Shown here piece by piece: positions 20,617-28,998 of a stretch of DNA of 36,437 bases (position 1 is its first letter; each line of letters opens with the position of its first letter). The notes below the pieces were generated by a model. The model worked only from the letters and a program-made list of their open reading frames with translations. It did no database searches and was not told the origin of the DNA. Source of the DNA: Actinomycetota bacterium (GTDB lineage: Bacteria; Actinomycetota; Acidimicrobiia; Spongiisociales; UBA5794); the NCBI GenBank assembly GCA_034660035.1, contig JAYEIJ010000011.1, positions 3,425-39,861 of the forward strand, given 5' to 3'. A program made the translations under genes and the position numbers.

Positions 20617-21327
20617 TTGGCTACACGATACGCAGTTGTCGAACTCGAGTCGGTGGAGTCTACCCAGAACGAGGCTCGCGACCGCTATGACCGGCTCGGT
20701 CCTGTGCTGGTGATGGCCGATCATCAGACGTCGGGGCGGGGCCGCCTGGGACGCGAGTGGATCGAACCTGATCGCGCCATGTTCGCGTCGCTAGCTTTCG
20801 AGCCGGTCTGGCCAATCGAATCCTGGAGCCTGATTCCCCTGACCGCCGGTCTCGCAGCGCGATCGGCCATCGGTGATGTCAGCGGCATCACCACGGACCT
20901 GCGCTGGCCCAACGACTTGATGATCGGTGGAGGGAAGATCGGTGGTTTGCTCGTCGAGTCGGGTGACGGAGTCGTCGTCGTCGGCTGCGGTATCAATCTG
21001 GCGTGGGCGGCACCGGTCGTGGGCGGCGATGCCCTGTATGGATCCGATCCCGGGCCGGAGGTCGTCACAGAACTCGCTGCGGAGTGGGCCGACCGATTCC
21101 TGGCTCGTATGGCACTCGACCCCGGTGATTGGGGCCTCGAGGAATACAGGGAAGCGTGCATCACGATCGGTCGATCGGTCTCATACGCCGCCGGCACGGG
21201 GATCGCTGCTGCCGTTCTGGATGACGGGTCGCTTCTGGTGGAAACGGAGGACGGCGTGATCTCCGTGAACAGCGGAGAAGTACGACTCCACGACCGGTCT
21301 ACGCTCTCCCCTGATCGGAGGAACTGA
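20617..21327 (+). CDS. birA: Biotin-protein ligase (no HTH domain)
   Basis: STQ, QTSGRGRLGREW, LRWPND, KIGGLLVE, GCGIN, SGEV. Confidence 0.9.
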   Translation: MATRYAVVELESVESTQNEARDRYDRLGPVLVMADHQTSGRGRLGREWIEPDRAMFASLAFEPVWPIESWSLIPLTAGLAARSAIGDVSGITTDLRWPNDLMIGGGKIGGLLVESGDGVVVVGCGINLAWAAPVVGGDALYGSDPGPEVVTELAAEWADRFLARMALDPGDWGLEEYREACITIGRSVSYAAGTGIAAAVLDDGSLLVETEDGVISVNSGEVRLHDRSTLSPDRRN

Positions 21328-22268
21328 TGGGCATCTCGAAAGCAGTCGTCACCGGCGGAGCCGGCTTCATCGGATCGAACCTGGTGAACCGCCTCATCGA
21401 CGAGGGAACCGAAGTGCTCGTCGTCGACGACCTTTCGACCGGGATGCTCTCGCGTCTTGCGGATGCTCGTGCTCGGGGGCACGTCCATTTCCATCAGATC
21501 GATGTCCGGGCGCCGGAGGTGCGTGACGCCTTGATCGGCTTTGCCCCGGAGATCGTCTTCCATCTGGCCGCCCAGATCGACGTGCGAGCGTCGGTAGCCG
21601 ATCCGATCACGGACGCATCGATCAACGTGCTTGGCACCGTCAACGTGCTGCTCGCCGCCCGAGATGCCGGCGTCGATCGAGTCGTGTTCTCGTCGTCCGG
21701 TGGGGCGACGTTCGGCGACACAACTTCGATCCCGACTCGTGAGACCGTCACCAGGAGACCCGACTCGCCCTACGGTGTGTCGAAGAAGATCGTGGACGAA
21801 TATCTGGGCTATTTCCAGAGAACTGCCGCCCTCGACTACGTGTCTCTCGGGTTCGCCAATGTCTATGGGCCGGGTCAAGATCCGGCGGGGGAGGCCGGCG
21901 TTGTTGCCATCTTCTCCGGCGATCTCCTGGCAGGACGAACTCCGACCATCTACGGCGATGGGCTCCAGACCCGTGACTACGTCTTCGTTGAGGATGTGAC
22001 CGATGCGTGCTGGCGCGCGGCGCTACAGGGAGGGGGCCGCTACCTCAACATCGGGACGGGAGTCGAAACCAGCGTTGTCGACCTCTACGACAAGATGGCC
22101 AGAATCGTCGGGTCTTCGGTGCGGCCGACTCACGCCGCGCCGCGAGCCGGCGAGCAGCGCCGATCGGCCCTCGATCCTACGGCGGCCCAGGAGGTCCTCG
22201 GATGGGAACCGTGGACGAGCCTCGACGACGGTCTAGCCCAGACGATCGACTGGTTCAGAAAGCAGTAG
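21327..22268 (+). CDS. NAD-dependent epimerase, UDP-glucose 4-epimerase-like
   Basis: TGGAGFIGS, HLAAQ, YGVSK, NVYGP, GDGLQTRDYVFVED. Confidence 0.92.
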   Translation: MGISKAVVTGGAGFIGSNLVNRLIDEGTEVLVVDDLSTGMLSRLADARARGHVHFHQIDVRAPEVRDALIGFAPEIVFHLAAQIDVRASVADPITDASINVLGTVNVLLAARDAGVDRVVFSSSGGATFGDTTSIPTRETVTRRPDSPYGVSKKIVDEYLGYFQRTAALDYVSLGFANVYGPGQDPAGEAGVVAIFSGDLLAGRTPTIYGDGLQTRDYVFVEDVTDACWRAALQGGGRYLNIGTGVETSVVDLYDKMARIVGSSVRPTHAAPRAGEQRRSALDPTAAQEVLGWEPWTSLDDGLAQTIDWFRKQ

Positions 22269-22274
22269 TGGGTC

Positions 22275-22341
22275 TGAGCGTTGAGCGTTGAGCAGGAAGT
22301 GGCCGGTTGCGGTTTCCGTCTGGCTCATGGTTCATATCTCA
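22275..22341. repeat. Short two-armed heptamer array C
   Basis: TGAGCGT TGAGCGT TGAGC at 22275-22293 on +; TGAGATA TGAACCA TGAGCCA at 22341-22321 on -. Confidence 0.65.
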
Positions 22342-23034
22342 TCGGAACATATCTTCCTCTGGGGGTCGCACCAGGTCGGTTGCTCGTCCGTCCCCTGTCA
22401 GGTCGAGACCCCGCACGACGGCAGCCGGGATCTCGCCGGCTTTGCCCATGACGAGATCGGCGGCCGCAGCGATCTCATCGATGATGGCGATCTCTGTGAC
22501 GTTCATCGTGCGTCCCTGTGCGTCGGATTCGCCACGTAGGTCCAGGATCGACGGCAGTCCGGAGACTCCGATGGCGACGTCGACAAGTCCGCGTCGCCAT
22601 GGGCGACCGAACGTGTCCGTAACGACGACTGCGATCGAGACGCCCATCACCCGCTCGAGGTAGCGTCGGATGCGGTGCGCCGATCGGTCCGGATCGACGG
22701 GGAGGAGGACCGCCCATCCCTCTGCCACGTTGGAGCGATCGACCCCGGCGTTCGCACAGATGAATCCGTGATCTGTCTGAGTGATGAGGAGATCACTGCG
22801 CCGTCGCAAGATCGACCGGGCCTCCCGTTCGGCCAGTTCCCGGTAGGCGCGGTCATCGGAGATCTGCTCGATCCGGCCTTCGGCCTTCGAGACGACCTTA
22901 TGGGTTATCACGACGATGTCACGGTCCGAGAGCGCGATCTGCGATGCTTCGAGTCCATTGACGATGAGCGCCCCCAGGTCGTCGCCGGGTGCGATCTCGG
23001 GGATTCCGCGGATCGGGTGGATCTCGATGCTCAT
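22339..23034 (-). CDS. cofE: Coenzyme F420-0:L-glutamate ligase
   Basis: PEIAPGDDL, KVVSKAEG, ANAGVDRSN, LLPVDPD, TDTFGRPWRRG, DEIAAAADLV; ATGA overlap with cofD. Confidence 0.93.
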   Translation of the reverse strand: MSIEIHPIRGIPEIAPGDDLGALIVNGLEASQIALSDRDIVVITHKVVSKAEGRIEQISDDRAYRELAEREARSILRRRSDLLITQTDHGFICANAGVDRSNVAEGWAVLLPVDPDRSAHRIRRYLERVMGVSIAVVVTDTFGRPWRRGLVDVAIGVSGLPSILDLRGESDAQGRTMNVTEIAIIDEIAAAADLVMGKAGEIPAAVVRGLDLTGDGRATDLVRPPEEDMFR

Positions 23035-23993
23035 GTGAACGCCTCCTGGAACCATGTGGCGAAGCCGAGGGCCTCACTCTCAGAAACGAGGTGGGTGTCG
23101 GTGGCATGGACCATGACCGTCTCGAACAGATCGCGCACGTCCGATGCGTCTCCGCTGTCGATGACGAGGTCGGAGATGAGTCCCTCGTACGCCGCCAGGA
23201 CTCCGGCGTTCCCGGGGGGAAATCCGAGAGATGCCATCACTCGCTCGGCCGGCCCCTTGAGCGCCTTGCCTCCGAACAGGGGACTGATGGCGACGACACG
23301 CTCTTTCTCAGCGATGGCCTGTCGGATCTTCGGAACGGCGATGATCGGTCCGATCGACAGGGGCGGATTCGATGGGGCTATCACGACGATGTCCGCAGCA
23401 GCGATGGCCTCGACCACCCCCGGAGCGGGCAGTGCATGCTCGGCACCGGTGTACTCAACTTCTACGACGTGGTCACGGTGCCCCCGTACGACGAAGTACT
23501 CCTGGAACGCCAGCCACCTTCCGTCGTCGATCCGAAGCCTGGTTCGAACCGGATCGTTGGTGGCGGGCAGGACCCTTGTCTCGACGCCGAGTGCCGATCG
23601 AATCCGTTCGACGGCCTCGGTGAGGGTGCGGCCCGATGCGAGCATGTCGGTTCGAACCAGACATGCCGCCAGATCGCGATCACCCAGGCGGAAGGTGGTA
23701 TCGACGCCGAGCGCATCTAGGTGGTCCATCACAGTGGACGAGTCTCCTCCGATCCCCCAACCGTGGGGGCCCTCGATGCCGGCGAGCGTGTAGAGGACGG
23801 TATCGAGATCAGCCGACACGTGAACGCCGTGGATCAATTCGTCATCGCCCACGTTCCCGATCACCGTGAGTCGCGGGCCCGCGAAGACCCGCCTGAGAGA
23901 CCGCGCAGCGCGCGCCCCACCGACACCACCGGTCAGGAGAACGGCGAAAGGGTTGGAATATGTCGAGTTCGGTCCTTGAATGGCGTCGTTCAT
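23031..23993 (-). CDS. cofD: 2-phospho-L-lactate transferase
   Basis: LTGGVGGA, GNVGDD, DLDTVLYTLAG, FRLGDRD, FQEYFV, APSNPPLSIGPI, KGPA; GGAG before ATG 23993. Confidence 0.93.
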   Translation of the reverse strand: MNDAIQGPNSTYSNPFAVLLTGGVGGARAARSLRRVFAGPRLTVIGNVGDDELIHGVHVSADLDTVLYTLAGIEGPHGWGIGGDSSTVMDHLDALGVDTTFRLGDRDLAACLVRTDMLASGRTLTEAVERIRSALGVETRVLPATNDPVRTRLRIDDGRWLAFQEYFVVRGHRDHVVEVEYTGAEHALPAPGVVEAIAAADIVVIAPSNPPLSIGPIIAVPKIRQAIAEKERVVAISPLFGGKALKGPAERVMASLGFPPGNAGVLAAYEGLISDLVIDSGDASDVRDLFETVMVHATDTHLVSESEALGFATWFQEAFT

Positions 23994-26784
23994 GTCATCT
24001 CCAGAGGGCACACGCCCACTACCTGTCGCGGCCGCGATCTTCGCTCGACGCGGCGCCGATCTTCCAGCGACCATCGAATCGATCCAGCACCAAGTGTACG
24101 AAACACGGCGGATCATCGTGGTCGGTGGTGATGCGGACGCGCGCCGTCTTGCGGGCGCACACGGCATCGAGTGGTTCTCAGGCCTCGGCGGCGTCATCGA
24201 TGCCTGTAGCAACGTCACCCATCTGTGGCTCGTTCTCGACGGTGTGCTCCCTCGGCCCGACGCCCTCGGGGCGCTGGTGCGCGGACAGACGCGGCTCGAC
24301 GCTTCGGTCTCCGGATCGAAGATCCTCGATGAAGGAAACCCGGACCGATTGCTCTCCGCCGGATTTGCGACCGACGTGTTCGAGACCCCGTACACGGGAT
24401 TCGACGAGGATGAACTCGACCAGGGCCAGTACGACGTCGTTCGCGACGTCGCGGCCGTCGGGGGGCAGTCGATGCTCGTCCGGATGGATCTCGTTCGCGG
24501 TCTTGGTGGTCCGGATATCGCGATGGCGCCGTTCGCCGCGGCGGTCGACTTCTGTCAGCGAGCGCGCCTGCGCGGCGCCCGTGTGATCGTCGTCCCTTCG
24601 TCGGAGGTGCTCGGCGTCGACGACCATCAGGAACTTGATCGATGGCGAGAGCGCGCCGGGCGCATCCGAGCGATGATCAAGGTCTACGGACCGATGACGC
24701 TGCTCTGGGCGCTTCCGATGGCGTTCCTCTCCGGTTTCGCTCAATGCTTCCTGTCGCTCTTCCTCGGACGGTGGAGATTCTTCCACTGGCTCCGGGCGTG
24801 GCTGTGGAACCTGGTGAAACTGCCGGATACGCTCCGGAAGCGCCGGGCAGCGCGCAAAGGTCGCGTCGTCGGCGATCCCGAGCTCTTCAGGTATCAGATC
24901 AGCGGTTCAGTCGCACTCAGATCGGTCGTGGCGGAGTTGTCTGATCGGATCCGGCGAAGACTCCCGGGAGAAGATCGGCTCTCGATCGAGGCGGTCGGCG
25001 AGGAACTCAGGCGACCGTCGTTCATCGTGGGAGCGGTGGCCTTGCTCTTCGTCCTCCTCGCAACCAGGAGCATCTGGTTGGGGGGGTTGCCCGCCGTCGG
25101 GTACAGCCTCCCGTTCGGCGAATCGGGATCGAGCGCTGTCTCGGCATATGCCGGAGGGTGGAACCCGGCAGGACTTGGATCCGTGGAGCCGCTTCGTCCG
25201 TTCATCGCGCTTGCAGGTCTCATCCAGACCATCCTCTTTGATAACCGGCGTCTGGCCGAGTATGTACTGACAGCGGGATCGTGGCTTCTCGGAATCTGGG
25301 GAGTCGTTCGTCTCCTGCGAACATGGGGTGTTCGTGCGGTCGCGGGGACCCTTGCCGGTATCGTCTACGTGGCCGGCCCGGCCGCTCAGGCCGTAGCTCA
25401 GGAAACGGCGGTAGGGGCCGCGGTCGCCATAGGACTCATCCCTTGGTCGATACGTTTCGCTCTTGCCCCGTTCCCCGCCTCGTGGATAGCGAGAGCCGGT
25501 CGAGTGGCCGCCGTGGCCGTCCTCGCCGGCATAGCCGCCGTTCTGGCACCGCTTACCCTGCTTGTGCCGATCTTCGCGCTGCTCGTATGGGCACTCGTCA
25601 ACGTCACCGATGGCGCCGCGTGGAGGGCCGTCGGCATCTCGCTGGTCGGAGCGGTTCTCGCCGTTCCGTTGCTTTTCCCCTGGCTCGGCACCGCCGACCT
25701 CGGTCGCTTCGTCACCGACGGCGACGCCTACTGGGCAGTATCGGCCGTGACGGCCGTCATCGTCGGGATCGCCGCCGTAGCCGTACTCGTGGCAGCACCA
25801 CAACGGCTCGGCCTGGTAGCGAGTTGGGGTGCGATAGCGGTCGCTTTCGGCGTCCTCGTCGCTCGATCTGCGGGATTCGGGTCGGGTCGAGAAGTGGAGA
25901 GCGTGAGTCTTGTCGTCGTTTCTCTCGGGATCGCTCTCATCGTCGGCCCTTCGTTCGAAGCGATCACGCGGGTGCGTGAGGTGGGCGGCTGGCGCCGTAT
26001 CGTCGCAGGAGTTGCGGTAGCCGCTTCAGTCTTCCTCGTGGCGGCGTCGACCGCCACGGTCCTTGGGGGCCGCGCGGGATATCCCAGCGACGAGTACCGG
26101 GAGGCGTTCACGTTCTCGGCCGCTCGGCCCGGCGATCCAACCGCATCGAGGATCCTCGTGCTCGGGGCGCCGGGGAACCTCCCGGGCGACGATCGAATCG
26201 TCGAGGGTGCTGCGTACCGGCTCGTGTCTGCGCCGATGCCGGAGTCGTGGGAGGCGCACCTGCACACGGCGAGGCTTGGTGACGATGCTCTCGCGGAGAC
26301 GCTGAGAGTGATCATCGGCGGTGAGACGAAGCGAGCCGGTGAGATCCTTGCGCCGTTCGGGGTTCGATGGATCGTCATTCTCGAAGAAGCCGATGGGGAC
26401 ACATTCGCCGGTGCGTGGGAGACGATCTTCATCGGCCAGCTCGATCTGGTGCCGCTCGGCGGCGGGCTGTCCAACACGACGTTCGAGAACGAGGCGGAGA
26501 ACGCGGTTCGTGCCATCAGCGCCGACGGCTCGCCGTGGACGCGTGCCGGGACCGGCTACGAAGGCAAGCCGGAGTTCGGGGTTGGCCTCGAAGTGCGGGA
26601 GAACGCCAATGCTCGCTGGGGACCGGGCGAATGGGAGCAGATCGACTGGGCCAACGGAACAACGGCCGCCGTCGGTGCGGCCGGATTTGAGCCGATCGAT
26701 GCTCGTCGATTGCAGGCCATCGGCGCCGCGGTGTGGCTCGTAGCCCTGGTCGGTGTCGCATGGGGTGGAAGGAGATTCGGATGA
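23992..26784 (+). CDS. Large membrane protein with degenerate GT2-like N-terminal domain
   Basis: GT2-like remnants (ELDQGQYD..RDV, VDFCQRAR..GARVIVVP) followed by many hydrophobic helices; start 23980 or 23992; syntenic with DUF5719. Confidence 0.8.
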   Translation: MSSPEGTRPLPVAAAIFARRGADLPATIESIQHQVYETRRIIVVGGDADARRLAGAHGIEWFSGLGGVIDACSNVTHLWLVLDGVLPRPDALGALVRGQTRLDASVSGSKILDEGNPDRLLSAGFATDVFETPYTGFDEDELDQGQYDVVRDVAAVGGQSMLVRMDLVRGLGGPDIAMAPFAAAVDFCQRARLRGARVIVVPSSEVLGVDDHQELDRWRERAGRIRAMIKVYGPMTLLWALPMAFLSGFAQCFLSLFLGRWRFFHWLRAWLWNLVKLPDTLRKRRAARKGRVVGDPELFRYQISGSVALRSVVAELSDRIRRRLPGEDRLSIEAVGEELRRPSFIVGAVALLFVLLATRSIWLGGLPAVGYSLPFGESGSSAVSAYAGGWNPAGLGSVEPLRPFIALAGLIQTILFDNRRLAEYVLTAGSWLLGIWGVVRLLRTWGVRAVAGTLAGIVYVAGPAAQAVAQETAVGAAVAIGLIPWSIRFALAPFPASWIARAGRVAAVAVLAGIAAVLAPLTLLVPIFALLVWALVNVTDGAAWRAVGISLVGAVLAVPLLFPWLGTADLGRFVTDGDAYWAVSAVTAVIVGIAAVAVLVAAPQRLGLVASWGAIAVAFGVLVARSAGFGSGREVESVSLVVVSLGIALIVGPSFEAITRVREVGGWRRIVAGVAVAASVFLVAASTATVLGGRAGYPSDEYREAFTFSAARPGDPTASRILVLGAPGNLPGDDRIVEGAAYRLVSAPMPESWEAHLHTARLGDDALAETLRVIIGGETKRAGEILAPFGVRWIVILEEADGDTFAGAWETIFIGQLDLVPLGGGLSNTTFENEAENAVRAISADGSPWTRAGTGYEGKPEFGVGLEVRENANARWGPGEWEQIDWANGTTAAVGAAGFEPIDARRLQAIGAAVWLVALVGVAWGGRRFG

Positions 26785-28262
26785 GACGGGTGATCGCTGT
26801 CGTCATCGTGGCCGTTGCCGGAGTGCTCGCTCTGACCCAATCCGCCCCGATCGAGGTACGTCCTCCAGACTTCGGTGCACCGTCACCGGATGTGGGCGGG
26901 GCAACCGGTGATGCCACCGCCTGGTACTGCCCATGGGTCGCCTCAGGCGCACTCCGAGACTCGACGTTCAACCTGGTTTCGGTGATCGATATCAACGCCA
27001 CCATCACACTCCCGAATCTGAATCCGACGGAAGAGGCGGACGTTGCCGAGTTGCGCCTTCGCGGTCCAGGAGCTCGAAGCGTCTACTCCGGCGATATCGT
27101 CCGTCGCGGCGCATCGCCCGGCGTCGTGGAATTCGACGACGGACCGGCAGTCGCGACGACGGCCATGTGGTCGGAGGAGATCCTTACCGGGGATCGGTGC
27201 GTCGTATCCGTTCCGAAAGAATGGCATCTGATCGGTGGCATCACCGCGGAAGGATTCACCCTCGAGCTTCAGCTGTTCAATCCGTTCGCCGAGAGCGCCA
27301 AAGTGACCGTCGAGGCGATCACCGAATTCGGCAGGTCGCCGCTCGCGGGTTTCGAGAGTATCGATGTCCCCGGACGATCATGGCTGACGGAAGATCTCTC
27401 CCGCGTCATCCCATTCCTCGACATGGTCACGTTCACCGTGACATCCGAAAGCGGGATCGTCATCCCCACCCTTGTGCTCAATAGCGAAACCGATGAGGCG
27501 TCCTGGCCCGGCACAGGTCAGTCGACGACCTGGGATTTCCCGGTGACGAGCCTCCCGGGGTTGGAACCAACGTTGGTGATCTCGAACGCCGGCAGCGTTG
27601 GGGCAACGGTCGCGATCGACATCTTCACACCGGACGGCGCGATACCCGACGCCGATGGAAGGATCGTGTCACCGCTCGAACCGCTGCGTATCCACCTGGC
27701 GGATCTGGCCACGCCACCTTTCGCTGTACGCGTGCGATCGAACGCTCCCATCGGAGCGGTCATCCAGGCGGCTCCGGAGGGGACGTTCCCGAGGACCGAC
27801 GCTATGCCGCCTGAGGTCACGGACGATGAGGTCACGGACGATGAGGTCACGGATGATGAAGACGCCTCAGCAGACGAGGAGACGACCGACACGACCGAGG
27901 GCGAAGAAGTCGAAGAACCCGTCGTCTACGACGGTCTGGCAGCGATGTCTGGCAACGCCGACGTCCATGAGCGGTGGCTGGTTCCCGGTCTCGGAGTGGT
28001 GCCCGGAGCCGACACCTCGATCTGGATACTCAATCCTTCCGGCGATCCCGCGACGGTGACGGTGAGTCCGCTTGGCGTCTCCACAACGCGATCAGAGAAG
28101 ATCGTGATCCCCGCCGGTCGGTTCCTGGAGATCCCCGTCCCGGCACTCTCCGAGACCGGCAATTCGGGGATGCTTGTTGACGCGAGCCTGCCGGTGTCGG
28201 TCGCGGTGTCGATCGCCGGACCCCAGGGGGTGGCGTTCATCGGCGGTGTGGGAGTCGGATGA
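26781..28262 (+). CDS. Secreted/membrane-anchored DUF5719-like protein
   Basis: N-terminal hydrophobic helix, WYCP, repeated L.LFNP / I.ILNP beta-rich modules; ATGA overlap; synteny. Confidence 0.7.
   Translation: MRRVIAVVIVAVAGVLALTQSAPIEVRPPDFGAPSPDVGGATGDATAWYCPWVASGALRDSTFNLVSVIDINATITLPNLNPTEEADVAELRLRGPGARSVYSGDIVRRGASPGVVEFDDGPAVATTAMWSEEILTGDRCVVSVPKEWHLIGGITAEGFTLELQLFNPFAESAKVTVEAITEFGRSPLAGFESIDVPGRSWLTEDLSRVIPFLDMVTFTVTSESGIVIPTLVLNSETDEASWPGTGQSTTWDFPVTSLPGLEPTLVISNAGSVGATVAIDIFTPDGAIPDADGRIVSPLEPLRIHLADLATPPFAVRVRSNAPIGAVIQAAPEGTFPRTDAMPPEVTDDEVTDDEVTDDEDASADEETTDTTEGEEVEEPVVYDGLAAMSGNADVHERWLVPGLGVVPGADTSIWILNPSGDPATVTVSPLGVSTTRSEKIVIPAGRFLEIPVPALSETGNSGMLVDASLPVSVAVSIAGPQGVAFIGGVGVG
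27813..27857 (+). repeat. 15-bp in-frame tandem repeat (EVTDD)x3
   Basis: gaggtcacggacgat x2 + gaggtcacggatgat. Confidence 0.85.
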
Positions 28263-28308
28263 GAACCCCGAAATGCTTGGTCTGCACCGCTCCGGCCCCT
28301 AACTTCGC

Positions 28309-28530
28309 GTGGCTATGACCTGCGTCCGCTGCTCATCGATCTCCACCTCGTGTCTCTCGTATGCGTACGAGCGCCGCGAAGCATGGCTCGTCGACACCGA
28401 ACCTTCTCCGACTCCGGGCACTCGCTACCCGCTGTGCACCACTCACGCCGATCGCGTGACGCCACCGGTTGGATGGGTACTCCATGACCGCAGATCGCAG
28501 CCGACGTTGTTCGCTCCGGGTCTGGCATAG
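28309..28530 (+). CDS. DUF3499 family protein
   Basis: C..C..LSYAY..LC..HADRVTPPVGW matches the family pattern; usual position upstream of manB; start GTG 28309 or ATG 28315. Confidence 0.75.
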   Translation: MAMTCVRCSSISTSCLSYAYERREAWLVDTEPSPTPGTRYPLCTTHADRVTPPVGWVLHDRRSQPTLFAPGLA

Positions 28531-28539
28531 GGGGGCGGG

Positions 28540-28824
28540 ATGTCGATCGACCGGGACGTCCTCGAGGCCGTACGGGAGATGGATGAACACGAATTGCGGA
28601 GGCTCTACATCCTCGCGAAGGCTCGTCTCGAGGGACGCGGTGTGGATCTTCCAGGGTCGGGACCCGAGGTCAAGCTGCGGAAGCAGATGGTCCGGTGCGG
28701 GAAAGACGCCTGCAACCGGTGCCCCCACGGTCCCTACTGGTACGCCTACTGGAATGAGAATGGGAAGCGTCGATCGCGCTACTTGGGGAAACTGGAAGAT
28801 GTACCGGAACGGTTGAGTAGCTGA
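28540..28824 (+). CDS. Small Cys/His protein, DUF6788-like
   Basis: RCGKDACNRCPHGPYWYAYW..GKRRSRYLGK; G-rich RBS-like tract upstream. Confidence 0.75.
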   Translation: MSIDRDVLEAVREMDEHELRRLYILAKARLEGRGVDLPGSGPEVKLRKQMVRCGKDACNRCPHGPYWYAYWNENGKRRSRYLGKLEDVPERLSS

Positions 28825-28829
28825 GGATG

Positions 28830-28988
28830 AGCTACCAGCTACCAGCTACCAGCTACCAGCTGCCAGCTGCCAGCTGCCAGCTGCCAGCTGCCAGCCATGA
28901 GCTGTGGGCTGTGAGCTATGAGCCATGAGCAGGACGGGATGCGGACTACGGACTACGGACTACCTGCCGACCACCGACTACCGACTAC
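28830..28988. repeat. Two-armed heptamer array D
   Basis: AGCTACC x4, AGCTGCC x5, then AGCCATG AGCTGTG GGCTGTG AGCTATG AGCCATG (28830-28930); CGGACTA x3, CCGACCA, CCGACTA x2 (28942-28987). Confidence 0.94.
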
Positions 28989-28998
28989 TCTTTCTCCC

